Assembly (NCBI GenBank): GCA_965223845.1
Contig: CBDCXR010000004.1
Span: 4,256,001 to 4,320,000, forward strand
DNA: 64,000 nt
Direction: 5' to 3'
Source: Planctomycetota bacterium
GTDB lineage: Bacteria; Planctomycetota; UBA8108; SXIK01
Positions 36,648-46,613 of the stretch are shown here, one piece after another. The number at the start of each line of letters is the position of its first letter. The first letter of the stretch is position 1. The translations under genes were made by a program, and so were the position numbers. Under the pieces are notes generated by a model. That model was not told where the DNA came from and did not search any database. It saw only the letters and a list, made by a program, of their open reading frames with translations.

Positions 36648-38876
36648 CTATCCATCGGAGTTTGTCTTTGTGCCGATGCGCAGCAGTTGAAGGGCGTCAA
36701 GGATGACAAAGCCGGTCGTGTCCGCGTTCGTGATTCGAATCTCCGTTTCGACATCTGCCAGTAGATCGACCGTGCCGAAAAGGCGGAAGTACCTGCCAGT
36801 GGGTATCGCTCGCGTCTGATCCACAACGAACGACTTCTTGAATGCCCCCGAAGAAACAGCCACGGGGACATTCTTCGCTCGGCTTGGATGAGGCGAGTAA
36901 GCCATGAGGATCTGGTATCGACCGGACTCGGGCGCCTTGAATCGGAAGGTCGCGGTCGCACTCCCGTCGCCTTTCACCTTGGCATCGCTCTCCCCACTGA
37001 AAACGTAGCCGCGTTCGATGTGTGGTTTGAATCTCGTCGAGCGCGACCAGTCGCCGGCGAGCTTCGCGTCCGCATCGTCGAGCACGATCCCCGGAAGCGT
37101 CTTCGCGGCGATGGAGCGATTCTCCGAGGGCACATCGGTCTCCGGCAGATCCAGGGCCTGGTCTTGAGCCAGAAGCCGCTCGCGGAGCTGCGCGTACTTC
37201 AGCTCCTGTACTGCGAGACCCTGTTTCGCCGCGAGCGCCGCGGCGACTCCCGCTCCCTGGCCGATGACCATCCACGCCCCTTCGATTCGCAGCGACGAGA
37301 TGCCCACGTGCGTGCACGACAGTGCGACCGGAACGAGCAAGTTCTCACACTGTTCGGATCTCGGGAGGATCGAACGGTACGGCACATGGTAAGCGTAGCC
37401 CTGCCCGGGAATCCTCCTTACGGGAAAGATCGTGCCCTCATTGATCACCCCTCCGCCTCTGAGCGCGATGCGCTGGCAGTCGTGCGAGTCGATCGGAAAC
37501 GACGAGACGGCGATCGGATCTTCCTTCTCGGGCGTTTCGAGAATGTCCTTTTGGCTGATGACATACATGCCCTTCATTCGTCGCGACTCGCGGACGTAGA
37601 GAGCCGGGGAGAAATGCTCATAGCGCGCGAACTCGTCCTTGCATAGGCCGAGTCCGACGTATCGATCGCGCATCTCTGCGGGCACCGCCGAGTCGGTGGT
37701 CAAAAAATGAAAGAACTCGAGCGTGTACTGTTTATGTGCCTCCCAAATCTTCTTCCGTCCCGCTTCACCAGCCGAGTGCCAGCCACTCCCACCGCCCACT
37801 AGACCGATCGAAAACTGTCCCCCGATCGAGTTGTTGCCATCGAACTTCCTGCTGGGAAGCGGATAGAGGTCGAAGCCGACTCGCTTCTCCCCTGCCTTGA
37901 GAGCGCGGCGAACGATCTCGAACCGGCCCGGATCGTAGTGCGCCGGCTTCGGCATCGGGACGCGTATGTCCGGATCTTTCGTCAGGCAAAGCCGAAAGCT
38001 GTAGGTCATCACGTTTCTGTCGCCGGCGTCTTCGTCGCCGGCATCTTCGGCTGTGACTAGCGGCAACGTGTCGTCTTCATCGTCGAAGCCGTTGATATCC
38101 ATCTTGCGCTTCGGATACTGCTTGCCGGCCAGCGACTCGTCGTACTCGGCGCGGCCCTCGCGGCCGATGGACCACTCAACACCCGCGGCCGCCATCAAAT
38201 CGCCCTCGTAAGTCCCGTCCACGAAGACCTTGGCTTTGAACAACCCGTTCTTGGTTTCTAACGACGATATCCGCGGCCCATCCTTCACGACCGACTGCAA
38301 GTAACGTTCGGTCAGCACCGTGACTCCGGCCTCGTCGAGCATCCTCAGCGTCACACGCATCGCGACGTGCGGCTCGAAGGTCCACCTCGACTGATCCTTC
38401 TTCGTCGGGTCGTAAGGGGGATTCAGCCCGCGGTCGGTGTAGTCCTCGACGACGCGCCTGTGCCACTCCTCGAATAGGCCCCGCAGCGTAGACCGCACCA
38501 TTTGGTTGGAATCGCAGTGGCTGAGTCCTCCGGTACTCAGCCCGCCAACGTGGTCGGTCGGTTCGAGCAGAATGACCGAAGGACCTTCGCGAGCCGCGGC
38601 GATCGCGGCGCAGAAACCGCCAGGCGTCGAGCCATAGACGATGACATCGGCGATGCGGTCTTCGTTTCCCGTTGGCTGACCCCGTGCGCTAGGCCTGCCG
38701 TTTTGGTCTGCGCTGGGATTCTTCGCGCCGACGCCGTCGACGTTCCTGTACCTCAGATCGCCGGCGCGGATGGACACGGCCTTGGGCAACTCCTGGGTTC
38801 TCTCGTTCGCCCATCCCGACGACGACAGAGGCATCAAAATGAGCAGAATCGCGGTCGTTTTCGTGAGGCGGTTCAC
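36648..38876 (-). CDS. Secreted FAD-dependent oxidoreductase (PF12831-like) with C-terminal golvesin/xanthan-lyase CBD-like domain
   Basis: DVIVYGSTPGG..AAIAAAR, DGTYEGDL, YVRESRR, IDSHD, YRSILP; C-terminal GIVLDD...GRYQI...ILDALQL. Confidence 0.85.
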   Translation of the reverse strand: MNRLTKTTAILLILMPLSSSGWANERTQELPKAVSIRAGDLRYRNVDGVGAKNPSADQNGRPSARGQPTGNEDRIADVIVYGSTPGGFCAAIAAAREGPSVILLEPTDHVGGLSTGGLSHCDSNQMVRSTLRGLFEEWHRRVVEDYTDRGLNPPYDPTKKDQSRWTFEPHVAMRVTLRMLDEAGVTVLTERYLQSVVKDGPRISSLETKNGLFKAKVFVDGTYEGDLMAAAGVEWSIGREGRAEYDESLAGKQYPKRKMDINGFDDEDDTLPLVTAEDAGDEDAGDRNVMTYSFRLCLTKDPDIRVPMPKPAHYDPGRFEIVRRALKAGEKRVGFDLYPLPSRKFDGNNSIGGQFSIGLVGGGSGWHSAGEAGRKKIWEAHKQYTLEFFHFLTTDSAVPAEMRDRYVGLGLCKDEFARYEHFSPALYVRESRRMKGMYVISQKDILETPEKEDPIAVSSFPIDSHDCQRIALRGGGVINEGTIFPVRRIPGQGYAYHVPYRSILPRSEQCENLLVPVALSCTHVGISSLRIEGAWMVIGQGAGVAAALAAKQGLAVQELKYAQLRERLLAQDQALDLPETDVPSENRSIAAKTLPGIVLDDADAKLAGDWSRSTRFKPHIERGYVFSGESDAKVKGDGSATATFRFKAPESGRYQILMAYSPHPSRAKNVPVAVSSGAFKKSFVVDQTRAIPTGRYFRLFGTVDLLADVETEIRITNADTTGFVILDALQLLRIGTKTNSDG

Positions 38877-39276
38877 GGTGTTTTCTCGTTTGGGCTCACG
38901 CTGCAACCTGCCTTCTATCGGATGCACCGCGGCCGTGGATTTCAGGCTCCCGACCATGCCGCGCATCCTACCAGACGCCGTGACCCACGGAGGACGGACG
39001 ACTGAGAGAAGGCGGAAACACTTCGCGTTCACGCGAGTGTTGACGGGCCGGGTGAGGAGAGCGCACCCCTCGAATCGACGCCCCGGACCGTCTCGGTCAA
39101 GAGACGAGAGGGCCAGGCAGGCGTCGCCATCCGCGTCGAGTTCAGCGATGATAGGAAGGCCGCCCGAGTTCCGATGCCGGATGGATCTGCTCGAACTTGA
39201 CGGCGCAGTCATCGGAGGCCGCGGTAAACTCGGGGCACTTCACACGAAGCGCAGCAAGGAATTCTTCGAGCTCGAA

Positions 39277-40602
39277 ATGACCACTCACTCGCGCCGTTCG
39301 TTTCTTCGCGGTTCCGCCGCTGGCGGCCTCGGCTTGCTTCTTTTGCCTGCCCGACTTGCTCGCGGCTATTCCGCGAACGAGAAGGTCGATGTCGCCTTCA
39401 TCGGTGTGGGTGGAGTCGCTCGCGGCAATCGTGCGCGCATGAAGCGCTTGGCGTCGGACGCAAACATCGTCGCCCTGTGCGATGTCGACGAGAAGAACTT
39501 GGCGGCTGCGTTAGCGCAGCATGAGGGCGCCAAGTCGCACCGAGACTACCGAAAGATGCTCGAAGAGCAGAAGGGGATCGACGCCGTCGTCGTTTCGACT
39601 CCCGACCACAGCCATTTCCCTGCGTCGATTCTCGCCATGCAGCTCGGCAAGGGCGTAGCGACCGAAAAGCCGATGGCGCACACCGTTTGGGAGGCGCGCC
39701 AACTGGCGATCGCGGCCAAGAAGTACGGCGTCGCGACGCAGATGGAAAACGAGCATCACGCGAAAGACGCGCTTCGCCAACAAGTTGAATGGGTACAGTC
39801 CGGTGCCATCGGCGAAGTGCGCGAGGTGCACATTTTTTCCAACCGACCGATTTGGCCACAGGGAATGAAGAAGCGCCCGCCCAGCGAGAAGGCGCCGCCC
39901 CATACCGATTGGGATCTCTGGATCGGTCCTGCTCCCTACCGTGACTATCACAAGGGATTGCACCACTTCGCGTGGAGAGGCTGGTGGGATTTCGGCACCG
40001 GGGCGCTCGGAGATATGGGATGCCATCAGTTCGATCCCGTGTTCTGGGCACTCGAGCTCGGGCAACCCGATGCGGTTTGGGCCGAGCAGGTCGGCAATAC
40101 CGATGAGAGCGGACCGACCTCGGCCGTTGTGACGTACGAATTTCCCGCGCGGGTGAAGCTCCCGCCCGTCACGGTGAAGTGGTTCGAAGGAAAGACGAAA
40201 GTCCCGCGGCCCAAAGCCCTCGAAGAGGGACGCAAGCTGCCATCCGGCGGCATCGTCTACTACGGCAGTAAGGAGACGCTTCTCGCGAAGCATCCGCCGA
40301 TCACGGAGATCGTGCCGAAGTCGCGGGCGCGAAGGTTTCGTCCGCCCAGCGCATTCATCCGGCGTTCACCGGGGCACTACAAGGAATGGCTCGATGCCAT
40401 AAAGGGCGGCGAGCCCGCCTCGTCGAACTTCGTCGACTACAGCGGCCCGCTCACCGAGCTCGTCCTCTTGGGGAACCTCGCGATTCGGAGCGGCGAGAAG
40501 ATCGAGTGGGACGCGAAGAAGCTCATCGCAACATCCTCCGCGAAGGCGCAGCAATTCGTACGGCGCACGTATCGCGCGGGTTGGGACTTTTGGACGGCGT
40601 GA
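39277..40602 (+). CDS. Gfo/Idh/MocA oxidoreductase (Tat signal)
   Basis: SRRSFLR, TPDHSH, EKPM, WDLWIGPAP, GDMGCH. Confidence 0.92.
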   Translation: MTTHSRRSFLRGSAAGGLGLLLLPARLARGYSANEKVDVAFIGVGGVARGNRARMKRLASDANIVALCDVDEKNLAAALAQHEGAKSHRDYRKMLEEQKGIDAVVVSTPDHSHFPASILAMQLGKGVATEKPMAHTVWEARQLAIAAKKYGVATQMENEHHAKDALRQQVEWVQSGAIGEVREVHIFSNRPIWPQGMKKRPPSEKAPPHTDWDLWIGPAPYRDYHKGLHHFAWRGWWDFGTGALGDMGCHQFDPVFWALELGQPDAVWAEQVGNTDESGPTSAVVTYEFPARVKLPPVTVKWFEGKTKVPRPKALEEGRKLPSGGIVYYGSKETLLAKHPPITEIVPKSRARRFRPPSAFIRRSPGHYKEWLDAIKGGEPASSNFVDYSGPLTELVLLGNLAIRSGEKIEWDAKKLIATSSAKAQQFVRRTYRAGWDFWTA

Positions 40603-40833
40603 GTCGTGGTGAGTCTCGCCAGAGACTCTCCGGCAGTCACATCGTCCGGAACGAGATCGTCGGCTGAGCCATCCCGCTAGATGGCGAGGCTGTCGGCAAC
40701 TTCAGTCCGATCGAAGCTATGCGTTCCAAGGAGCCGCTGATGCGCGATGGCTATCCCAGACGGACGAACGCCGAACGCGGCTGCATGATCCCGCGATCAG
40801 CAGAATCGAACCGGGATGTCTCACTCTCCCCTC

Positions 40834-43272
40834 TCAACCGCGTATGACGGCGTGCCAGAACTTCTGGAGTGTGGCCCACCGTATATCCCTACCCTTGTCC
40901 GTGCGCGCAGCCTCGATGATGTCCGCCCTTCGAAGCGGGGTCAGGTTGGGAGAATCGTGATCCAAGAAACCGCCCAGTGAACGAAGTCCAGCTCTGCCGT
41001 GACAATCCATACATTCCCGCATTCGAGGCTTGAGATTCGTTTCGCGTCGCGCAACGGGATCTGAATGTTCGCCGTCACTTGAGATGAGGGACTTCCAGAC
41101 CGTTTCGTCCCTTCCGAACGCTCTCATCACGGCATTCCCTTTCATCAGCTCCCTCGGTTGCAGGACGAATTCCGTCACAGACTGAGTCGGACTCGGACTC
41201 GCCTCGTCGTAGCTCCTTTCGACGTCGAGATAGGCTCGTAATTGAATCGAAAAGACCAAGGGGCTGAGGACCAACCGTCCTTCGTCGCTGACGAGGAACG
41301 CCCGCTCGATGAGTGCGAACTGAGTCCCCACCGGAAACACCTCGCCTCGTTGGAACCCATCGATGCTTGCGATCGTTTTCTCGCGCCCGCCCGGTGTTCG
41401 TACGGATTGAAAGAACGCTGAACGCCGGTGCTTGGATTCTGCGTGCTGCGTCCGCGGGTGCTCAGATCGCCCGAAGCCTACCCAAGAGCCGCCTTCCTCG
41501 AACAGGTCGGCGGGTAGGAACGGCGCGAACGGATCGCTCGGGTCGGGGGTCTCGGGGAATTCTCCCGAGTCCACGGTGGCGAGTCCCGTCGAAGGAAGCG
41601 CCAGGATCTTCTTTTTCGGCAAGGCCAAACGTCTGATCAGCGACGCGATGCGCGGCGTAGATTCGGCAGGGGCTGGATTGCGCACTCGCGTAGCATCGAG
41701 AACCGCCCAGAGCCGATGCTGGAGGAGCGCTCTTTGAATGTCGCTGTAGTTCTCGATCGTTTCCTGGGGCAGCGATTCGAAGGTCTTCAGCGCCGCGTCG
41801 AACCTCGCGAAGGAAGCTGGATCGAAAGGGAACTTCGAGCGGCCGTAGAGCACCGGTGTGAATTCATCGTGCCCGAGCACTTCTCCGTTGACCGATCGCC
41901 GGAGCACGATGGAATCGAAGAGCTCGTCGTACGCATCCTCTGCGCGGGAAAGCAGGTCTGTCTTCGCAGAGTGCTTTTGCCAGAGTCGGTGGAGCGCCTT
42001 CCATGTGTGGTCGTCTCGTTTCCGCGAGGATGTCGCCCGGATGATCGCGTCGGGATCGCCCTCCTTGAGAAACCGGGGACGTCCGTAGTGAGGGAGAGAC
42101 GTCTTGATGCCCAGCCGGCTAGGCGTCCCAGAGTGACAGCCGCTGCAGAGCTCGAGGCGCGGCCCCCCCGGGGATCCCCTCGCCAGCTCGAATGGATCAT
42201 CGGAGCCGCCCTCGATGCTCTCGTTGTCACCGGCTTCAAAGCGAGGCTCGTGCGGACCCAGCGCTTTCATGGAGGCATCGCCCTCCATGAGTCGGCGTGG
42301 CTGCATGACGAACTCGGCCACGGATTGCCTCGCGCGGGGACGCCCGGTTTCCTTTCGCTCGCGCGGTACTACGCCGACGAAGGCGCGCAAACTGACGCTG
42401 ACGGTGAGCGGACTGAGGACCAGCTCGCCGGCGTCGCTGATCAGGAACGCCTGCTCGATCAGAGCGAGTTGCGTTCCGACGGGCTGCTCCTCCCGACGAT
42501 TGAACCTCGCGATGCTCTCGAGAGCCTCGGTGCGACCGCCAGGAACTCGCAGGAAGGAAAGAAATGCTGAGCGCCACTTGAACTTCGTCGAGTGAACGTC
42601 CGCTGGAATGGGACGAAGAACCGCCCCCAAGCAGATCCATGCGCTGTCCTTTGAGTAGCTCTCCCCGGTGTCGAGATCGGCCGGAAACAACGGCTTTCGC
42701 AGATCCTCAGGGTCCGGATGCTGCGAATAGGCACCGGACTTGATCGTCGCCGTCAAGGTGTTCGGTAGCGCCAAAATCTCCTCCCGCGTTAGCGCGAGTC
42801 TCCGAATGAGCGACGCGATCGTCGGCCGGAGCTCGGCACGCCGATCTCCGTGTCTGCGGTGCCGGATGCCGCTCCGAACCTCGCCGGTGATGGATGTCGT
42901 TTTCCAGCGGTCCGGAAGAGTCGCGTCGAACACTTTCCAGAGATGGCGCTGCAACAACGCGCGCTTCACATCGCTGTACGCGTCGACCTTCTCCTGCGGA
43001 AGCGCTGCGAACGCATGCAGCGCCGCGCTGAACTTCTCGTAGGTCTCGTCACCGAACGGAAACCTCGAGTGGAAGAAGATCACCGGGGAAGTCTCGTTCT
43101 CGGCGTACGACTTGCCGTCTCGCGTGTAGCGCGTCATGAGCACGTCATAGAGCGTGTCGTACGGATCTTCGGCGCCCTCTGCCCCCTGAACGTCACCGCT
43201 CAGCAGTTGCCCCAAAAAAAGGACGAGCAGGACTCCGCGAGCCGGATTGTTCGTTGCGTTCGTTTTCGCCAT
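40834..43272 (-). CDS. Secreted protein of two tandem ~400-aa repeats, each ending in a CxxCH heme motif
   Basis: Signal peptide; repeats starting EDPYDTLYD and EDAYDELFD; CSGCH and CMDCH. Confidence 0.75.
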   Translation of the reverse strand: MAKTNATNNPARGVLLVLFLGQLLSGDVQGAEGAEDPYDTLYDVLMTRYTRDGKSYAENETSPVIFFHSRFPFGDETYEKFSAALHAFAALPQEKVDAYSDVKRALLQRHLWKVFDATLPDRWKTTSITGEVRSGIRHRRHGDRRAELRPTIASLIRRLALTREEILALPNTLTATIKSGAYSQHPDPEDLRKPLFPADLDTGESYSKDSAWICLGAVLRPIPADVHSTKFKWRSAFLSFLRVPGGRTEALESIARFNRREEQPVGTQLALIEQAFLISDAGELVLSPLTVSVSLRAFVGVVPRERKETGRPRARQSVAEFVMQPRRLMEGDASMKALGPHEPRFEAGDNESIEGGSDDPFELARGSPGGPRLELCSGCHSGTPSRLGIKTSLPHYGRPRFLKEGDPDAIIRATSSRKRDDHTWKALHRLWQKHSAKTDLLSRAEDAYDELFDSIVLRRSVNGEVLGHDEFTPVLYGRSKFPFDPASFARFDAALKTFESLPQETIENYSDIQRALLQHRLWAVLDATRVRNPAPAESTPRIASLIRRLALPKKKILALPSTGLATVDSGEFPETPDPSDPFAPFLPADLFEEGGSWVGFGRSEHPRTQHAESKHRRSAFFQSVRTPGGREKTIASIDGFQRGEVFPVGTQFALIERAFLVSDEGRLVLSPLVFSIQLRAYLDVERSYDEASPSPTQSVTEFVLQPRELMKGNAVMRAFGRDETVWKSLISSDGEHSDPVARRETNLKPRMRECMDCHGRAGLRSLGGFLDHDSPNLTPLRRADIIEAARTDKGRDIRWATLQKFWHAVIRG

Positions 43273-43657
43273 AAGACTCTCCCGAATGCCATCGCGCTGG
43301 AATCTCGGGGTCTTAGTAGGCCGAGCTGAGCCGGGCACTATCGTTTTCTCCCGATTTTGAACGCTCCGTGTGGCCTCCTCGAGGCTGAGGCCGGGGAAGG
43401 CTGTCGATCGCCAGATCGGGGTGTTCGTCGGGGGCGCGCGGGTCGCCGTCCGGGTGCGCTTCGAGAATGCGGGTGAGGTGTCTCGCGCAGATAACTTAAC
43501 TCTTCTCGCGCGTTTCCTCGAAAACGAAGAGCCGCTCGCCGGATGGACCGCCGTGCTGATCGACCCGTGACCGATCTATGACAATGCCGACGTACATTCC
43601 ACGGCGTAGTCGGCGTGACCGTGACGTACCGTACCGTCCATCAGGAGTGATCTCGTC

Positions 43658-44497
43658 ATGCGCTCGATTCTCCAGTTCTCTCGCGATCTCGGCGGCACGC
43701 GCGTCGTCGCCATCATCACCACGACGCTGATCGTTCTGTGCGGAAACGAACTCATCCGCACGGAGGACACAAATGTCAGCGGTGGCGACGAATCTGAGAA
43801 GTACGTTCGTGAGCACCTGAAGGAATTTCTTGCGCCTGCGGACGTCAAGTTCCTCGACGATGGCCGCGTCAGACTGTCTCTCAAGTTTAAGAAGGACAGC
43901 GGACCGAACGAGAAAGTGGCGGCTCTCTTCTTGCCGGCAGTTTCCTCGCCCAAGTCGAGGAGCACGTTTCGGTGGGCGTTACCAGAAGAGGCGCTCCGAG
44001 CGTCTCCGGGGTTGCGCGTTTCCAACAAGGGGGCAGCGCACCTCAAATGCTGGTTTCGCGATGATGTCGAGGCGGAAATCGATTTCTTTCAGCCCGTCAG
44101 TCAGGGGGAGAACCCGGCTCTCGCCGTCGTTTTCACCAACAAGACCGGAGAGTCGATCGGAAGCAACTACGGGAAGCAATGCGCCTTCTTCCGTCGCGGA
44201 AAGCTCCTCGGCGCGCGCGGCGTCAAAGGGAGCTTGGAGCTCATGAAAGGGTGCTGCGCGATCAAGCGCACGAACAAGCTCCGAGTCAAGGATGGTGTCT
44301 TCGAAGTGTCACTCGAGAACAAGAAAAACCACAGCTTCAAGTACTCAGCGAAGAAGTTTCCCTCGGGCCGGGTGGGAATCATCTGGGGTGGCGGGATAGC
44401 CGCCTCCGTCGGTCGGATCGAAATCACCGGTCACCTCGACGTGAAACGCACGATCGAGGAAATGAAGCGAAAGACGGCAAAGAAACGGCGGCGCTGA
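43658..44497 (+). CDS. Hypothetical basic protein with N-terminal hydrophobic segment
   Basis: AGGAG SD; Lys-rich, beta-strand-like sequence. Confidence 0.65.
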   Translation: MRSILQFSRDLGGTRVVAIITTTLIVLCGNELIRTEDTNVSGGDESEKYVREHLKEFLAPADVKFLDDGRVRLSLKFKKDSGPNEKVAALFLPAVSSPKSRSTFRWALPEEALRASPGLRVSNKGAAHLKCWFRDDVEAEIDFFQPVSQGENPALAVVFTNKTGESIGSNYGKQCAFFRRGKLLGARGVKGSLELMKGCCAIKRTNKLRVKDGVFEVSLENKKNHSFKYSAKKFPSGRVGIIWGGGIAASVGRIEITGHLDVKRTIEEMKRKTAKKRRR

Positions 44498-44639
44498 AGC
44501 CTCACGCGAAGGAAGAAAGCGCTGCGAAGTCATCGGCTCGGATTGTGTCGCCCCTCCCCCCTCGAACGACACACTTCTTTCGCCGTCCTCGCTCGTCTGT
44601 GTAGACGAACTCGAGTTCGGATCCGGTCCGCCCGCTTCT

Positions 44640-44725
44640 CCGAGTCCACGCCGCTCGCCTCGAGAGACGTGGCGATCGTCGCGCAGTGCTTCGAGTCACG
44701 GTCGCGCACGAGGTACTGGCGCCTT
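44640..44725 (-). pseudogene. Transposase relic (integrase core fragment)
   Basis: RQYLVRDRDSKH...LEASGV resembles the YLIRDRD.KF...L...GV motif of the same IS family as 13160-13345. Confidence 0.45.
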
Positions 44726-45079
44726 CGAGGAACTCGGCTCCCGCCACGCGACGATTCGTGCGAACTCTGCGACCCCGCCCGCGTCGGACGCGGCTTGAGC
44801 GCGGCCGCGCGATCTCGTCGCAACTCGACTCGGAGCGCACAGCACGTCACGCGTCCCCTACTCGTCCGGCGACATGCGACGTCATCGCCTTCGGAAATAC
44901 GAAAAACCGCTAGTCCGCGACCCGGTTCGCTCTACTGAGACTTCGAGGGACTCGCTACGATCTCGAATCGATTCAGAAGCGAGCAGGATGTTAGGAGGGC
45001 TTCATGGCTCGCTCGTTCGTTTCGATGGCCGCGCGGTGAGTGTCAAGACGGCGTTCTCGAAGCTGATGTTCTCCGTCGA

Positions 45080-45982
45080 ATGAGATCCTCCAAGAGAAGA
45101 CGAACGCAAATCGCTCTTGCCGCGGGGCTCGGCGTGCTCGCGTTGGCGGTGGTGACCGGTGTTGTTCGCCGCGGTGAGATTCGTGCCTGGTACGAGTTCC
45201 GCCAGGTCTTTGCAAGCCTCGGGAGGAACGAGCAGGGCTACTCGGAGTACCGGCATCGGCAGACCGGGATCGTGTTCGTGTCACTCCCCGGGGGGGAATT
45301 CCCGATGGGCAGCCCAGAAACCGATGAGTTGGCTTACGACGAGGAGCGCCCTCAACACGAAGTCACCTTGAGTCCGTTTCTGATCGCGAAATTCGAGATC
45401 ACGCAAGAGCAGTGGCGCGCCGTCCTGGGAAACCATCGCCCCGGCCTCCAGCCATCGCGATTCCGCGGCGACACTCTTCCCGTCGAGAGGGTCTGGAGAG
45501 GGCACATCGAGGAATTCTGTAGCAAGTCGGGGCTCTTGCTTCCGACGGAAGCACAATGGGAGTACGCGTGCCGGGGAGGAACGACGACGAGATACTCGTC
45601 TGGGGACGACGAGTCGGATCTCGCCGAAGTCGGTTGGTACCGAGAAAACTCCGGATCGCGCCCGCGCCCAGTGGGTCAAAAACCGGCGAACCGTTTCGGT
45701 CTCCACGATATGCACGGCAACGTCTCCGAGTGGTGCGTCGACGTGTACGATGCGAGGTTCTACTCGAAGCCCGAGTCGCGCGAGCTGGATGCTCAAAGCA
45801 CGAGGGGATCCGACCTACGCGTCTTGCGCGGCGGCGCCTACTACGACGCTGCGCGGGGTTGCCGCTCTGCGTATCGCGGGGAGGTTGACGACCCCGGGAT
45901 CAAGGGCTCCGGACGCGGGTTCCGCCCCATCTGGCCGATTCGCAAACCGCAAGGTCGCGATCAAGGCACGTTGAAGCGGTGA
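45080..45982 (+). CDS. FGE-sulfatase (SUMF1) domain protein, canonical motif order
   Basis: F.MG...P.HEV, LPTEAQWEYA, GLHDMHGNVSEW, RVLRGG, GFR; N-terminal TM. Confidence 0.9.
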   Translation: MRSSKRRRTQIALAAGLGVLALAVVTGVVRRGEIRAWYEFRQVFASLGRNEQGYSEYRHRQTGIVFVSLPGGEFPMGSPETDELAYDEERPQHEVTLSPFLIAKFEITQEQWRAVLGNHRPGLQPSRFRGDTLPVERVWRGHIEEFCSKSGLLLPTEAQWEYACRGGTTTRYSSGDDESDLAEVGWYRENSGSRPRPVGQKPANRFGLHDMHGNVSEWCVDVYDARFYSKPESRELDAQSTRGSDLRVLRGGAYYDAARGCRSAYRGEVDDPGIKGSGRGFRPIWPIRKPQGRDQGTLKR

Positions 45983-46613
45983 GTAACCATCGCACGGGAA
46001 AAGTCGACGGTCCGAGGGCGCCGACACCTCAGCGCGTGTTCCGTGAGTCTTCGGCGCCATCGCCTCACCCACCCCGGATTTCCGGGACGAGCTCGTCGCA
46101 GAGCCGTTGCGCGGGCCGTTTCCGGTCGAAATCGCGACCCGAACGGATGCGACGACGGCGGCGCTCGGCTGGGGGTTCGCACCATCTCGCCCCCGGACGC
46201 AGCGACCGGAGCCCGCCCGCATCGCTGCGCCTTGCGCGGGTCACCTGCTCGGCTCCCCCGGGTGATTCGTCGCAGATCAGCTAGGAGCCCGTGCGGTCGG
46301 CATCGCGAAGCGAACCGCAGGCGGTCCGCACCGGCAACTCGGCTTGGAGGCGTGTCGCTCCCGACCTCGCGGCGATGAGCCGGAGATTGTCGGTTCTTGT
46401 CGTCACGTTTCCACTCGAGAGTCGCCTTCCGTATCATGCGGCCCGGCTCAGGGTCGCTCCGACGCGCCGAGAACGCTTCGCCTGTACGCGCGGCGGGTTT
46501 TTCGAGCGGATCGAACAGCTCCGGCTCGGGTCGGTGCCTCGCCATACGCGCGCCTCCATACTCTTACCTCGGCGTCCATGATTCTTCGTACGGAAGGGAG
46601 TTCTTCGGTGTCC

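Noticed and set aside
38770-39276. Long N-terminal extensions of ORFs 38770(+) and 39212(-), and likewise 13300, 11207 and 46344
   Set aside because: Longest-ORF artefacts; signal peptides or SD sequences point to downstream starts.
45080-45982. FGE-domain gene as a diversity-generating retroelement target or a true formylglycine-generating enzyme
   Set aside because: No reverse transcriptase or template repeat was seen, and the FGE catalytic Cys pair motif is absent.
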